Source: Neodothiora populina (Eukaryota). From it: a stretch of DNA of 64,000 bases. Under the pieces are notes generated by a model. That model saw nothing but the letters and a program-made list of their open reading frames with translations, was not told the DNA's origin and searched no databases. The stretch covers positions 744,001-808,000 of the forward strand of contig NW_027191419.1 in assembly GCF_041146345.1 (NCBI RefSeq). The letters are read 5' to 3'. Below, one piece after another: positions 48,337 to 60,677 of the stretch. The translations under genes and the position numbers were made by a program. How positions within the stretch are numbered: position 1 is the first letter of the stretch; each line of letters starts with the position of its first letter.

Positions 48337-49618
48337 GGGTTCGGGCTTTTTCTTTGAGTTGCTCTAGAAGAATGCTGTTTGTAGGGCCAGAGAGGGATTG
48401 GAATGAATTGTTGGCCTATAAGTATTGGTCCAGAGAATGGGATGGAAAGGATATCGTTGTGCTCTTCTGCCCTGTCCAGCCGACGAGAGGGTAACAACAA
48501 CAGGTCGACGACTGTTGGTGCACTGAGAGACGACTGCCACAGGATCGATAAGGAACATAACACACTTCCTGGTCTTGTAGCCCCAAGTCGAAGCTCAGAG
48601 AACACTCTCCAGATCCAGTCCAGTAAGCACCAGAGCGTCGAGAAAGAAATTGTTGCTCCACTCGAACTACCTACTTTCCAATGCCTTGACTCCGTCAACG
48701 AAAAACATTCAACACTAAAAACATTCAAGTCTAACCACAAAGCAAACCTAGCTTATCCTACAATTACCATACACAATCAATGGAAGTGTTCTATGAACCA
48801 TAGATCTCAATCGCAGTCAAGTCAAGCGGGTATCTGACGTCATTAATCGTCGCCTTACATCAAGTTGTTTTATCTTCCGTATCTTTTATTGTTCGAGGTG
48901 TGGTGGAGTTGATATACAAATTGATCTTATTGATGTAGTGGCTTCTTATCAAAGTACAGTGATGAGACAAGGACATTAGCACATAATAAAGGGTGGATGG
49001 TGATTTTATATACTAGACAGAGTACTTGACTTGCTGATCCACACCCGCTGGACAAAAGGAGGGAGGGAGGATATGTCTGTCTGTCCGCGCCTCTGTCTCC
49101 ACTCGTCAGATTTATGCATAGAAAGACTTTTGAAGTCACAAGCTGGTCACGTAGAGTATGATGGTCATAGTCACGCACTTCATTAAGAAATGAAGGAGGA
49201 GGAAGACGATAAGAATGCCTCTTTTTCGTAGGTGGGTTCTTTGTTCTCGTAGCTATTGTTACAGACAAGACGACGCATACTGAGCAAAACAGCAAAGCCG
49301 AAGAAAAAAGGTGTGGACTCGCTAGAAATACATACAGACATAAGCAGTGACAGAGTGTGAATAAGAAACAAAAACGCCTTCGCCATGCAGTTTTTCGAAA
49401 TCCTGCGAACGCAGATGCGAAACTCAAAGAGCAGTGGAAAGCATGAGACACTCCCGATGGTTCCATGACTTTTCCTTTCCTTCCCTTCCCAATGATGATC
49501 AAGAACAGCACCAAGATGCCCCGTATCCGAAACCTCAATGAGAGAAGCAGATCTCTTTGCAGATCGATTCTGTTCCTTTCATCTTCCTTTTCGCTCATTC
49601 CTTTTCGAAGGTGGTGGC

Positions 49619-51430
49619 TCAGTTGGTGGCCGCAGCCCACTCGACAACCTCGAGTGCGAGCATGACCAAGATAAGCGTGCTGGGAAGGATCCTACAGAGA
49701 AAGTCAGCAAGATCCGAAGGAACAGGTAGTGGCAGCAAGAGGGAAACGTACCAGACGACATAACTCTGGAAGAGCAGTCTGCTCATCGATCCCATGAAGA
49801 CATTGTTGATCTGGCAGATCTGAGCGAGTTGCAGAGCGCTGGGAGCGCCGGTGAGCAAGAAGCAGACAATGACGAAAATGGGGTCGTCGAGAATAGAGAC
49901 AGGGACATATTTGGCGATGAGAGCGAGCAAAGGAGCCATGATGACAGTGGGCAGCAGCATTCTGCTGACCAGACTTGCAATGAGCAGGTTCCTCTCCTCT
50001 TTCTTGCCTTCGGGTGTGCTGGCTGCCTGGTCCTCGGCAGGCAGGGTGTTGCGGGCAAGGTTTGCACCGAGGACAACCAGAATCAAAGGGACGGCGACAC
50101 CGCCTGACTGAGAGATTGCGCGGGTGACGGAGTTCTTGACGAAGCTGCCCTCCTGGAAGAAGAGTGCTTGCAGAGCAGGGACGGAAGCGACGATGAGGGC
50201 GAAGAGCATGGCCCACAGAGGAGGATTCATAAATGCCCAGACTCCGCTGGCGAATCTGGAGAGCCTTGACCAGAAGGCGGCAAGGAACTTCTGAAGGCCA
50301 GACGGCAGGCGATTGAATTGTCTGCGGAAGAAGGCGGCAATGGACGAGTTGATGCGGGAGAAGAAGGCGGAAACGGAAGAGGCGGTGCGGCGGTATCTGC
50401 CCTTGAGAGAGGCATCGGATGCGTCATGTGAAGAGGCAGCCGAGTCGTAGGTGGGGAATTGGGTGATGTGACCGGCGGAGCGCTGTCGGGGACCCAGATT
50501 GCCAGACATGTTGGCAGCGCCATTGCCAACGACGTTGCCATTGGTGGGAGTGGGCAGTAGGTGGCCATTCACCGGATGGTTGGCATCCGAGTCGGGGGAG
50601 CGAGAGCCAGACGAGTAGTCTGACGTCTTGTTCTTGGTCGAGTGCGCGATAGCCTCCTCCTCGTCCGGATCGTCTCTGTATCTGCCCGGCTCGTTCAAGC
50701 TGTCGCGGTCCTCGTCGTCGCTGAGACCGTCTTCGAGAGCAGGAGCAGGAGCGAGCAAGACATTGTAACCCCAGGTCCATCGGACGAGCTGGCCGAGCTG
50801 CTGGAAGATGAGCAGGTAAAGGATACCACGAGCTGCGACTTCGTTGTCGTTGTCGCCGGGAACCTGATCCCAATGCAGACCCTTGAGCGTCTTGGAGAGT
50901 GATAAGACGAGCGAAATGGGCAGTGAGTTTGAGTTGCCAAAGACGCCCATGGCGATGACGAAGTTCGTCTGTCTCTTTCCGAATCCGAAGCTCTTGGACA
51001 CCAGTCTGGCACAGAGCCAGGAGATGAGTGTTTGCACAATGAAAATGAAAGGGATGACGGCGAGATCGGCGAGTTTGTCGGCATTGAGTTGCGAGGCCAG
51101 TTTGGTGAAGACCAGGCAAGGCGTGAAGATCTGGACGTTCATGTTGGCCATCATCTTCTGTGCCTCTGCGTCCAGCATGCCTCTCCTCGCCACAATGTAA
51201 CCGGGCAGAGCGACACAGACGACCTCCAACACAGCCTCGAAGACCAACAACGTCAAATGGCCAAAGTCGGGATGTGATTCATGGTCATTCATGAGGCCGA
51301 CCATGGCCGTGTTACGGAGGATGGGCACCTCGGATGCCATTTCTGCCACTCTTCTGACATGTTGACTTCCGCTCGCTGCTGCGCTCGCCAATCGGTATGA
51401 CGTTGGACTCGTGAGTTCAAAGAAACCCAT
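49619..51430 (-). CDS. Auxin-efflux-carrier/Mem_trans family (PILS/ECM3-like) membrane protein, 2 exons (51430-49752, 49691-49619)
   Basis: FTPCLVFTKL, FGNSNSLPISL, QQLGQLVRWTWGY, FMNPPLWA, AVPLILVVLGANL and APSALQLAQI. In-frame 60-nt intron 49692-49751. Confidence 0.9.
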   Translation of the reverse strand: MGFFELTSPTSYRLASAAASGSQHVRRVAEMASEVPILRNTAMVGLMNDHESHPDFGHLTLLVFEAVLEVVCVALPGYIVARRGMLDAEAQKMMANMNVQIFTPCLVFTKLASQLNADKLADLAVIPFIFIVQTLISWLCARLVSKSFGFGKRQTNFVIAMGVFGNSNSLPISLVLSLSKTLKGLHWDQVPGDNDNEVAARGILYLLIFQQLGQLVRWTWGYNVLLAPAPALEDGLSDDEDRDSLNEPGRYRDDPDEEEAIAHSTKNKTSDYSSGSRSPDSDANHPVNGHLLPTPTNGNVVGNGAANMSGNLGPRQRSAGHITQFPTYDSAASSHDASDASLKGRYRRTASSVSAFFSRINSSIAAFFRRQFNRLPSGLQKFLAAFWSRLSRFASGVWAFMNPPLWAMLFALIVASVPALQALFFQEGSFVKNSVTRAISQSGGVAVPLILVVLGANLARNTLPAEDQAASTPEGKKEERNLLIASLVSRMLLPTVIMAPLLALIAKYVPVSILDDPIFVIVCFLLTGAPSALQLAQICQINNVFMGSMSRLLFQSYVVWYVSLLLPLPVPSDLADFLCRILPSTLILVMLALEVVEWAAATN

Positions 51431-53008
51431 TGTGTGGGCTTTGATGTGAGTCTTTTCTTCTTTGTTCTTTGTTGATGATTGAATAAATGGAAAGAGAGAG
51501 AGGAAAGAAAGGAAAATAACAGGCTATCTAATTAGACGGTGGTAGCACAAACTGCGGCGGTTCCTTGGTCTCAGCCCGATTGATTGACTCTGTCGTCAGC
51601 GCCGAGAAAGGTTGCGCTATAACTCTCCAGGAAGAAGAAATTACCTTGATGAAGGAAAGAGAGGACTCCGCTGGCAGTGGTGATACACCAAGTATTCAAG
51701 TATCATTTATCACAGAAGTGCAAAGGTATTTTTGTATTTGTAGCTAAGAAAGTAGCTGCAGTTATTGTTGTAGATGCCTTATCGCGCAATTGCATGGCGT
51801 GCAACGAACCATTCCTTATCAATCAGTAGGCAAAAAAACTCGTGTCTAGGTTAATCTATTCGACAGGGCCAAAGCCGCTTGCGTTGAGGTGTCGATACAG
51901 AAGGGTCCCGGGCCTAGCCTCTATCAATGAACTATTGCCTCTACACTAAGCCCTTCTACACAATTGCATTGCGCCGCAGCACCAACAGACTACAGGGCAC
52001 AGGGCACTTTACAAAAGCCAAAAAGTGACGCGATGTCTATCTTCCAGTAACTTACCTTACTTAAAGTATCTTCCAAGGTGATGATGAGATCAAGTCTAAA
52101 TTTCCAAGGTGCTCCTGCCGTCGCGTCGTCAAAAGCAACTTACGTTTTCGACAAGCATGAGCGCATTCTGTAACCGCCAACCCGGGTCTCTTGCGCGGTA
52201 CATACAGCACGTTACGTGTTGAAGGTGCGATGCTTGTACCGGAATCACCGCGGAACGGTTTGCCAGCGCTTAAATGGTGGTACGGGGACAACGCATGGCT
52301 TGACAGGGAGGGCAAGGCGAAAAGGAAAAAAAAAGACTCGCCACCGCTTTCTGGTTAGAACGTGTCGCTAGCTATTATTCTGACAATTTTGCCTTTTTCA
52401 CCATGAAGGTGAGATACCTTTGTACAGGACATGCATGGTCCTCGTACCCTGCTCCTGAACATGCTATTCATTCAATAGTCAAGCAGGTAAGATAAGGTAA
52501 CCAAACCATGACTTCCCAGTGAGCTACATGCTAGCCAAAGTACGTCATTCCCGCCAAGAGAATGCCTCAAACCGCCCTTGGTCGGAGAGAAACGTGCACC
52601 GACTCGCTGTGGTCGGGCCTTCCTTGCTTGTCCAACATACACAGCCTCTCTCTGGACCCTTTTTGCTTTACTTTTCTTGCTGCACCGCCTCATTCTTGAT
52701 TTCGAGCATGTATTGTATTGAACCCAAGGTATTGTAATGCATGCTTGGAGACGTGCTGTACTCTGAGTGTCGGCCTGCGGTTGGAGAAAGATATCCGTCA
52801 GAGTATACCTGTCTTCAACCCTGCTTAGGGATGGTAGGTCTAGTGAGTGATATCGAAGATCAATATGACATACAGTAGTACAAGTAAATATGAAAGGCTG
52901 CCGGAGCAAAACACCACTCCACTTCATCTCAACGCATATCTGCGTCTCTGATCTCTTCTCCAACTCCATATCCAATGGCCAGCGCCTCTACTCCTACCTC
53001 TCTATCCT

Positions 53009-54418
53009 CTATTTGTGATCGTGCTTGTTCTCGCAGATACCATCAAAGTCTCCGTACTTCTCCATACCCTGCCTGACAAGTTCTGTAAAAGTATCGATGC
53101 TGCAGCTTGCGCCGGGTCCATCCTGACACCTAGGAATAGGTCTTGGAGCAGAGTTTGCAATCACCCTGATGAACTCTTCAGGCGTGTTCTCGTCCTCACC
53201 AGAATGGCGACCGTAACACGTCAGCTTTTCAATTCCGACGTGGCCAAGGAAGGGAATCAGCTCAGCCATTTTCCATGCTCGGCTCCAGTTGATGCGATCT
53301 GTGGGGAACTCTTCCGCTTGCGCACTCGAGCTGTTGAATAGACCCATGGCAGTTGCGATAAAAGGAGGCACCTCACGATGCGTGAAAGCAATAAAGAAGC
53401 GCTGACCGTCATCATCGGGTATGTCGTCTCCCTCGTTCTTGCTGGCTTGATGCTGCGGCGCATGGAATCTAGACATGAGCTCACTGGTCGTGTTGAGCCA
53501 GGGAAAGCCGAGGTACGGACTCAACGGGTTGCCGTGACCGACCATGTACGAATACTTGAGATCCCATGCGTACTCATATGCCATCCACTCGTCGTCGGTG
53601 AAGACAGCGCAGAGTTTGCTGACCTTGCCCGTGATCGCACTCTCGTAACCACACATTTGTTGCAGTCCGATAATGTCATAAGCTTCTAGTTCAACAGGAG
53701 CAAACCTTTGTAGCCGAGATATGACGTTACGCGTGTAAAACTGCACAAATTCGTCGAGTTCCTTGTCACCGGGAGCTTTGCTGAACTTATTGCACGACTT
53801 GTGAGGCACCTGACTATGAAAGGATTCTTCCAATTCGATCTTGACCACTTCGACAGACTGAGGGAACACAGCAGCAAAAGCCTTGGCAGTGTCCTGCGTA
53901 CGTGATTTCTTGTCGGCGTAGATTTTCTTCGTCGTCGGCACCAGCAAAGGATACCGGTCAAGCAGATGCTTGCTGACCTTCTTCGCATCCTTGACACCCT
54001 GAGGAGTTATCTTCTCGAGCTGAGACTTGGGATCTGTGATGGGTGTCTTCCACTTGTCCAGGAACTCTAGTGGTCCAGTCCAACCCTGACGGCGTTTCTT
54101 GGATGCGGTCGAGAAGGTCGTGTCCATCTTCTCGAGAATTGGCTCCATGTACTTCTCATAGTCGTCGTCATTGGCATAGATGGCGGCATGGCGGACCAGG
54201 TACGACGCGGCCGTCACTTCGCAGTCGCGAGGAGCATCATGGCTAAGGCCTGACCCAATGGCATCGAAGTAGGGCGAAATACCCGGCAGATGCAACAGAG
54301 GATCGAATTCATATCCTTCAGTGTGTGACTGCGGCAGCAGAGGAATTTGAGCTGCAGATATGGCAGGAATTGCGATTTGAGCCAGGCATAATGCCAGGGT
54401 CGGGATAGAGCTTGGCAT
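53009..54418 (-). CDS. Secreted histidine acid phosphatase/phytase-like protein
   Basis: Signal peptide from ATG 54418, then HLPGISPY, LVRHAAIY, QMCGYE, LCAVFTDDEW.AYEYAWDLKY, FTHRE and CQDGPGASC. Confidence 0.85.
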   Translation of the reverse strand: MPSSIPTLALCLAQIAIPAISAAQIPLLPQSHTEGYEFDPLLHLPGISPYFDAIGSGLSHDAPRDCEVTAASYLVRHAAIYANDDDYEKYMEPILEKMDTTFSTASKKRRQGWTGPLEFLDKWKTPITDPKSQLEKITPQGVKDAKKVSKHLLDRYPLLVPTTKKIYADKKSRTQDTAKAFAAVFPQSVEVVKIELEESFHSQVPHKSCNKFSKAPGDKELDEFVQFYTRNVISRLQRFAPVELEAYDIIGLQQMCGYESAITGKVSKLCAVFTDDEWMAYEYAWDLKYSYMVGHGNPLSPYLGFPWLNTTSELMSRFHAPQHQASKNEGDDIPDDDGQRFFIAFTHREVPPFIATAMGLFNSSSAQAEEFPTDRINWSRAWKMAELIPFLGHVGIEKLTCYGRHSGEDENTPEEFIRVIANSAPRPIPRCQDGPGASCSIDTFTELVRQGMEKYGDFDGICENKHDHK

Positions 54419-55728
54419 TGTTGGAGATAAAACAGATGAACGTAGATCTCGAGGGAGTGATGTACGAGATGTGTACCACCAGATCCGCACCTCATGCGGG
54501 TCATGGGAAAACCACTCCGATGATGTCATGGAAATGGATCCTCGGCCTTTGTCTTTCCAACGTCGTGCGGAGGTTCACTTGGAAGCCTGACTCGTATCGT
54601 CCTTCAGTCATGGCTGAGACCTGCTGTGAACCGTTGAATGACAGGTACCGTAGGCAAAAGGTAATTCAGTTCTATGCAGATCATCAAGATACCTTTACTC
54701 TGCATAATTTCCGATATGCTGCATGGCGCATCTTGAAGCATCAAGAAAACTCCTGTTCCCATGGTCACCATCGTCTGAACAGACAAAGCAAAGGCGGCCA
54801 TAGGTAAGGTAGGGGTGGACAAATGAAAATGTGCTCAACTGGAGTAGAGCCCACGAGCGAAAGAGTAAAGTGGTATGGTCTTGACAAGTACGGTGTATCA
54901 GATACACTCGACATAAGTACCTTAGTCGAGTCAAGCTCTTGGCATTTTATGAATTGTCACATAGGTAAGGTATTAAGGCAATCACACCACCAGATCATCT
55001 AGTAATCTACTATCACTCTGGTATATCAGAAAATCCAGGGAAATACGAACAGAATAGTCTCACACGTAAAAGATAAGTCTAGGCTACATTCGTATGCTTA
55101 TACCTCCGTATCTTACCAACATGCTAGCAGCTTCCCAATTGCCCTGGCTCGTGTGATACGCTCAACGCAGTCCGGCCGCAAGATGAGCTTCTGTCGTCGC
55201 ATAAGAAAATCCTCGTCAAGGCGAAGCTGAGGAGATAGAGGTCCCCTTCCGCTTTTCTCTCTCGATTCTCGTCTCCGCTTCTCAGTTTTCCGTTGCACAT
55301 GTGTTAAAGGTATCCTGCATCCACGAATCTCCTGGACCATCCGTCAATGACTGCTGCCGTCGACTCCTTCACTTGGTGTGACCTGCTTCCCGAACAACCC
55401 AGGACCATATCCATCGCTTTATCCGAGCTTGAGAATTTTCGTGTTCGTTCTCTGGCCTCTAGCCGGAGGCCATGTAGCTTGCGAACGCAGAAGCCCAGAC
55501 GCGTGCTTACATGAACCTCTTGGCAGACATATATCCCAAGGTGATACTGTTGCATAGCTGGGCCATCCCGCTAGTACAATTGAGCGTTAAGCAAAAGCGA
55601 TCGAGTCGCGATAGCCTGCTAGCTTCTTCGTTCTCCTCTTTTGAGCGAATGATATGGCGCGATGCATGCATCATCCTGAATGCTTGTCTTGTGTACGTGT
55701 GTTTTGTGATATGCTCATGTACTGCCTC

Positions 55729-57800
55729 TCATCTTGAAGAAGCAGCGTCCAGTGGAGCAGCGTGCAGAGCTGGCTTGGCATGTTTGCCCAGCTTACCGAG
55801 TCGCTTCTTCTCTAATGCGTCCTGCACCCATAGACCGACCTCCCTGTCAATATAAGGCTCGCCATCGTGTTCTCCGCCAACAACCAAGTCCCTAGCGACC
55901 TCTTGCTCACAGTCCTCTTTCGCCTCAACGGGACTCGCCTCTTCATCTTCCTCGTGAATTGTGTCGGGCTGAGAGAGAGGGGCGAGCCAGGCGTGTTGTA
56001 GAAGCATGGCGTAGGTGGGTCTTAGCTTAGGAATCTTGTTCAAGCAGCCAGCGACGAAATTGCGCGCCGCCTCGGAAAACTTGTCGGCGGGAAGATCTGG
56101 AGGTTCTCCGTCGACAATTGCCTTTTGATAGCGTTAGCATGAGAACAAGAGGGAGATGTTAGGAAAAGAGTATAGAGCAAACGTACGCTGAGCTGGGAGA
56201 AGATGTTGCCATAGGTCTCGGGTGGATAAGGATAACGACCCATGGCGCATTCAATGATGGAAAGACCCAAGGACCAGATATCGCTCTGGACTGAATATGT
56301 GCCACCGCCAGGGTTTGCTCCAGCTTGAGCGACTCCGCCGGAGCTGATGCGCTCGGGTGCCATGTACGATTGACAGCCAATGTTTGTCTTTGCGATACTG
56401 GCGACTAGATTGCCGCTGACACCGAAATCGCATATTTTGACAGCTCCTGCAGTGTTGACAAGAATGTTGGTGGGCTTGACGTCACGATGGATGATGTTGT
56501 GTTCGTCTTTCAAGCTCTTGAGACCTCTCGTGGTGTTGTAGGTGATCTTGCGGAGTACGTTCTCGGGGATACCATCGCCATAGATCTTGTCGATCGAGCC
56601 ACCGTCCATAAACTCCATGCAGATGTACACTGCTCCTTCCTGGAAGAAGGCGCCGTAGAAGTCGACGATTTGAGGAGAAGTGCAGCGATGCAGGACATCC
56701 AACTCCATGATAATGGTGGCAAATTTGGACTCTTCTAGCTCGAGGCGCATCTCTTTCATCGCCATGACAATGCCAGTCGTTTTGCCGCGCGGAGCTCCAT
56801 CAGTCTTGGGCGCCGCAGCATCTTCCTTCGCCTGCTGCGAAGGCGTGGCTTTATTGCCAGCCAGACCTTGTCCAGGTCTTCGGATCTGTGGACGAGAATG
56901 TCGGACCTTGTAGACAGTGCCGTAATTACCCTTTCCAAGTTCGTCGAGGGTGTCTACTTCATCAAGCGAAATGTTGAAGCTCTGCCCAGAAGAAAATTGC
57001 ACTCCTTTACTGTTCAATACGGCCTTGCCCTGGAATTTGAGAGAACCGGTCTCTTTATCGATGTACTCGGCAAAGCGATCCAGTGCAGATTCTTGTTTTT
57101 GTGGAGGACCGGCTTCGCCATTGGCGCCTTTGTTCATGTCGGAGAGAGTCATCTTAGGACCTCGCCGACCGGTAGGCGCTGGTGCACCAGGCGCGGGAGC
57201 TGCGCCAGGAAGACCACCGGGTAATCTCAAACCGCGCTTTTCTGCTAATGAGGGACCTCTGCCAGCCACTGCTGGTGAGGATTGGAATTGGTGAGGAGGC
57301 GGCCTCTGCATGCCAGGCGGTAGTCTGAAATTGGCAGGGATACCTCCCATGGCTGCTCCACCGGGTGATGCAGGCACGCCCCCGGGTGACATGGGTACGC
57401 TGTTGGCACCTGGAGTAGCGACCTGTGGCCGTGGTGGCGGAGGAGCACCACCACGCGAGAGTTGGAAGGCCTTCATTCTGGCCGCAAGTTCCGGATTTAG
57501 TCCTCCTCCTCTTCCTATCGAGCTGACGGTCGGCGCTGGCCGTCTGGCTGCAGTCACATTGCCCAAGGGTGTTGATGAGGGTGTCATGTTGGTCGTCATG
57601 GCAGATGCAGACATGGTGCCCGCTGGTAGACGAGGCCGACCTGGAGAAGTTTGGCCACTACCCTCAGGAGATGATATTGATGGCGACAATGCGGGAAGTG
57701 AGTCAGGTAAAGAGTCCGGAGAGGTGGGTGAGGAGGGTGAAGGAAGCGGCGAAGGAGATGGCAGAGGAGAGTGCGACTCCTCCGTAGGAGAAGAAGCCAT
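55729..57800 (-). CDS. PBS2: HOG-pathway MAP kinase kinase Pbs2/Wis1, 2 exons (57800-56187, 56121-55729)
   Basis: LGKGNYGTV, MAMKEMRLEL, HRDVKPTN, DFGVSGNLVASIAKTNIGCQSYMAPER and a Pro-rich N-terminus. Intron 56122-56186 restores SQLSAIVDGEPP. Confidence 0.95.
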
Positions 57801-60645
57801 GATGCTGGCTGTGGTGCGTTAGTCTCGATTGCGCAATACAGAGTGGTTGCAGTGTGATGCAGCGCGTGGAATGGAAGACAGTGAGTCTGTTAGATAAAAG
57901 GCAATGTCTTGCAGTCGCAGTGGCGCCAACGTGATTGCTTCCACGGAGGCTCCGTGATCGAATGATCTTGATCTAAATACAGAGCAGGACCGACAGGCAA
58001 GGTGTCTGTGTCCAGACACGGCCGAAACACGATATTAGGAGTATAAGAACAGGAGCGCGTGTTAAACAGCAACAACACGATGAGCGAAGTTGGAAGGTAG
58101 GTACTGATCTGTTCTTGCTGAACGTGCGCCGCTTTTGCAATCAAGGAAGGGCTTTGCCTTCGCTCTTCGCCAGATGCGTAGAGAGATCAGGACGATTGAC
58201 TGGACAAGAAGGACGAGAGCAAGATCATAACAGCAAAGACAACGACTGCAGCTTCCAAGTGGCGACCTGCTATGGGCAAAGAGAGAGACGAGAGGGGAAA
58301 TGATGATTGAGATACCTTTCGAAATCCTGCCGCGAGGGAGTGAAGCGGCTGTGGTAAGGAACAGACAGCGTCAAGATGTTAGGTCACTGTTGTATGCTGC
58401 CCTTTATTATCGTTGGTTGGACAAGAGCAGAAGGTAATGCCCGTCGAGAATGTACAGGGTGTGTATGTTCGAGTATGAGACGGAAGAACAACACAACCGT
58501 GGTTTATGCTGAGGTAAAAATGAACAAAACGGGTTGTTCTGCGTTCAGAGGTTACGTATAGCAGCTTCGCGCTTATCGCAGGCTGACGATACCCGATTGT
58601 CCTGGGTACAAGTACAATAATAATTACTACCCAAGTCCAAGACCAAGGACATCAGCCCGGGCAGAGTGATAATCCAAATCTTGAATCCGCCCATTTTCTG
58701 ACTGTGCTGCAAGTGACACCGACAAAGCAAGCTTTGATCGCTCCAACGTGGCTGACCCAATAGGATCGACTGGACCACTCTTCGATGCGAACCAGCCCCG
58801 GTGGATGTAATAACCCGCGACACGGGGAAACCAGGCGATCGAGAATGACATGCCGGATCAGAGAATCAGAGATCACGCACTCTGCTGGCTAATGCATTTT
58901 CCATGTCCGCTTACTAGCTAATTATCGACTCCCCTTACTCTCCCTCTTCTTTGGCTTCTTTGGCCCTTTTTTCGCCTCTCACCCTTCACTCGAGTCGTTG
59001 GAAAACTTATACAAGTGCATTCAAGGTCTCGAGTCGCACGGCCCGAGCGGCTCTACCCCTCTGTAAGTCCTGGGGCCGCCCTCCCTGCCAGTCGTGTGGC
59101 GGTGCAGTGCAGCACAGCAGGTCTAGAGGTACGGTAGTCTTCGATATGCACCTTATATGACCAAAGAGTCATTAAATTCCGATTACCCATCATTTCGCAT
59201 TCACTGTTGCTAATATTGAATTTGCTCGTGGGTCTTCGACACTGACCCAATCTACAACGCTGTGGAGGCAGTCCTCGCTTTCGTCTGGCTTGTTGACTGG
59301 CGCTTCCTTAGTCACTGAACGGTGGGCAGAAATGCTCCACCTTGATTGTTCTTTTCTTGTCACTTGAACCCAGGGCTCGCCTTCGCCGAGTCGCCATGAC
59401 CTACCAACCCTGGCTCCAGAGTCCGTGCACTGCTTGTTGCCCCTCCCACACCACAAAAAGAATTACCATCCAAGCTAATTATGCCCTGTCAGGTACAATA
59501 AAGTATTGAACCTTGGTAAGCCAACATCCCCAATGTCTTAGATTTTTCCTTGTTTACCAATACCCTGATCCATGCTATCAATTCACATCCTCATCTTCAT
59601 GTTGCATGACCACGGTTTTATATCGTAGAACATATCGTTCTGTGAATACTGCCGGCATATGAAGTAGTAACTGCGCGACCAAGCATATCGCATTCGTCAT
59701 CCAAGCTGCCGTGCCGTGGGCTTTGCTATGACGTTGTCCGCATCAGATTTCACACACTACACGGCAGTGACATATCTGTGGCATCATCGTAATACACCGG
59801 GCGGCTGTTTTTCCCACCTGCTGTATCAATTCTTGCGCGCAAATGGTCCGTCTCTTGTCGATAGGGCGTTTCATGTTTGGTAGCTGATATTTGCAGTACT
59901 GCACATCTGCATATAGTAGATCCTGAGCCGCAAGACCAGCGTCTGGTATAATTTGGAACATGTCACGTATCTCGTGGCGAACCCCGAATTTGACGTCTTC
60001 TCTAATGTGCACGGGGTAGAGCCCAAAGCCCAGTCCAATGATATTGATATGAGCCACTCGCCTGATTCTACTGGATTGAACAATAGCAGCCGCATTTGAT
60101 GCAAGTTGACAGTACGTTCACATGTCCTATCCGACCCATCCGCTGTACGATAGGTGCTGCCGGCATAGTAATCCAATGCATTCTCAGGTATCTACCTCAC
60201 TGTACACAGCAACCTACCACACTAGATCGTGAACATTTGTCAGTCTTGGCGCGTCTGAATCGCGTGCGCAGTCCTCAGTGGGAAAACTTCTATTGAAAAG
60301 TATTAACCAACAACCGGGAGCTCCGCTTCGACCAAAAGTTTGTCTGGTAGAGAATACGCAGCGATCGAGCTTATTCACAGAGATCGATATTGGGTTGTTC
60401 TCCAAAGCACAGCCACCTCCGCCTCTCACATGGTCAAGCCACCCCTCGCGGGGCAGCCTCCGGTTGAAGTTCAGTTCATTGTCCGCTTTCCGCTTCCTCT
60501 GCCGCGATCTTCCGCCGCATTTACTGCATACACCAGGACTGGGAACGCAGCAAAAACTCAATTGACTGGTCAAGGCTGGATTAAAACCATCAGATAGGAG
60601 TATCCACCGCACTGTGAACGACGAGCGAGCCAGATCTTTCCGCCG

Positions 60646-60677
60646 CGCGAGTCTGCGAGTCCGCGAGTCCGCGATTC
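60646..60677 (+). repeat. Tandem repeat, 4 x 8 bp YGCGAKTC
   Basis: cgcgagtc tgcgagtc cgcgagtc cgcgattc, read directly. Confidence 0.8.

Noticed and set aside
48927..49640. 237-aa minus-strand ORF downstream of the auxin-efflux carrier
   Set aside because: Non-ATG start, lies in a T-rich 3' UTR, and has no protein-family features.
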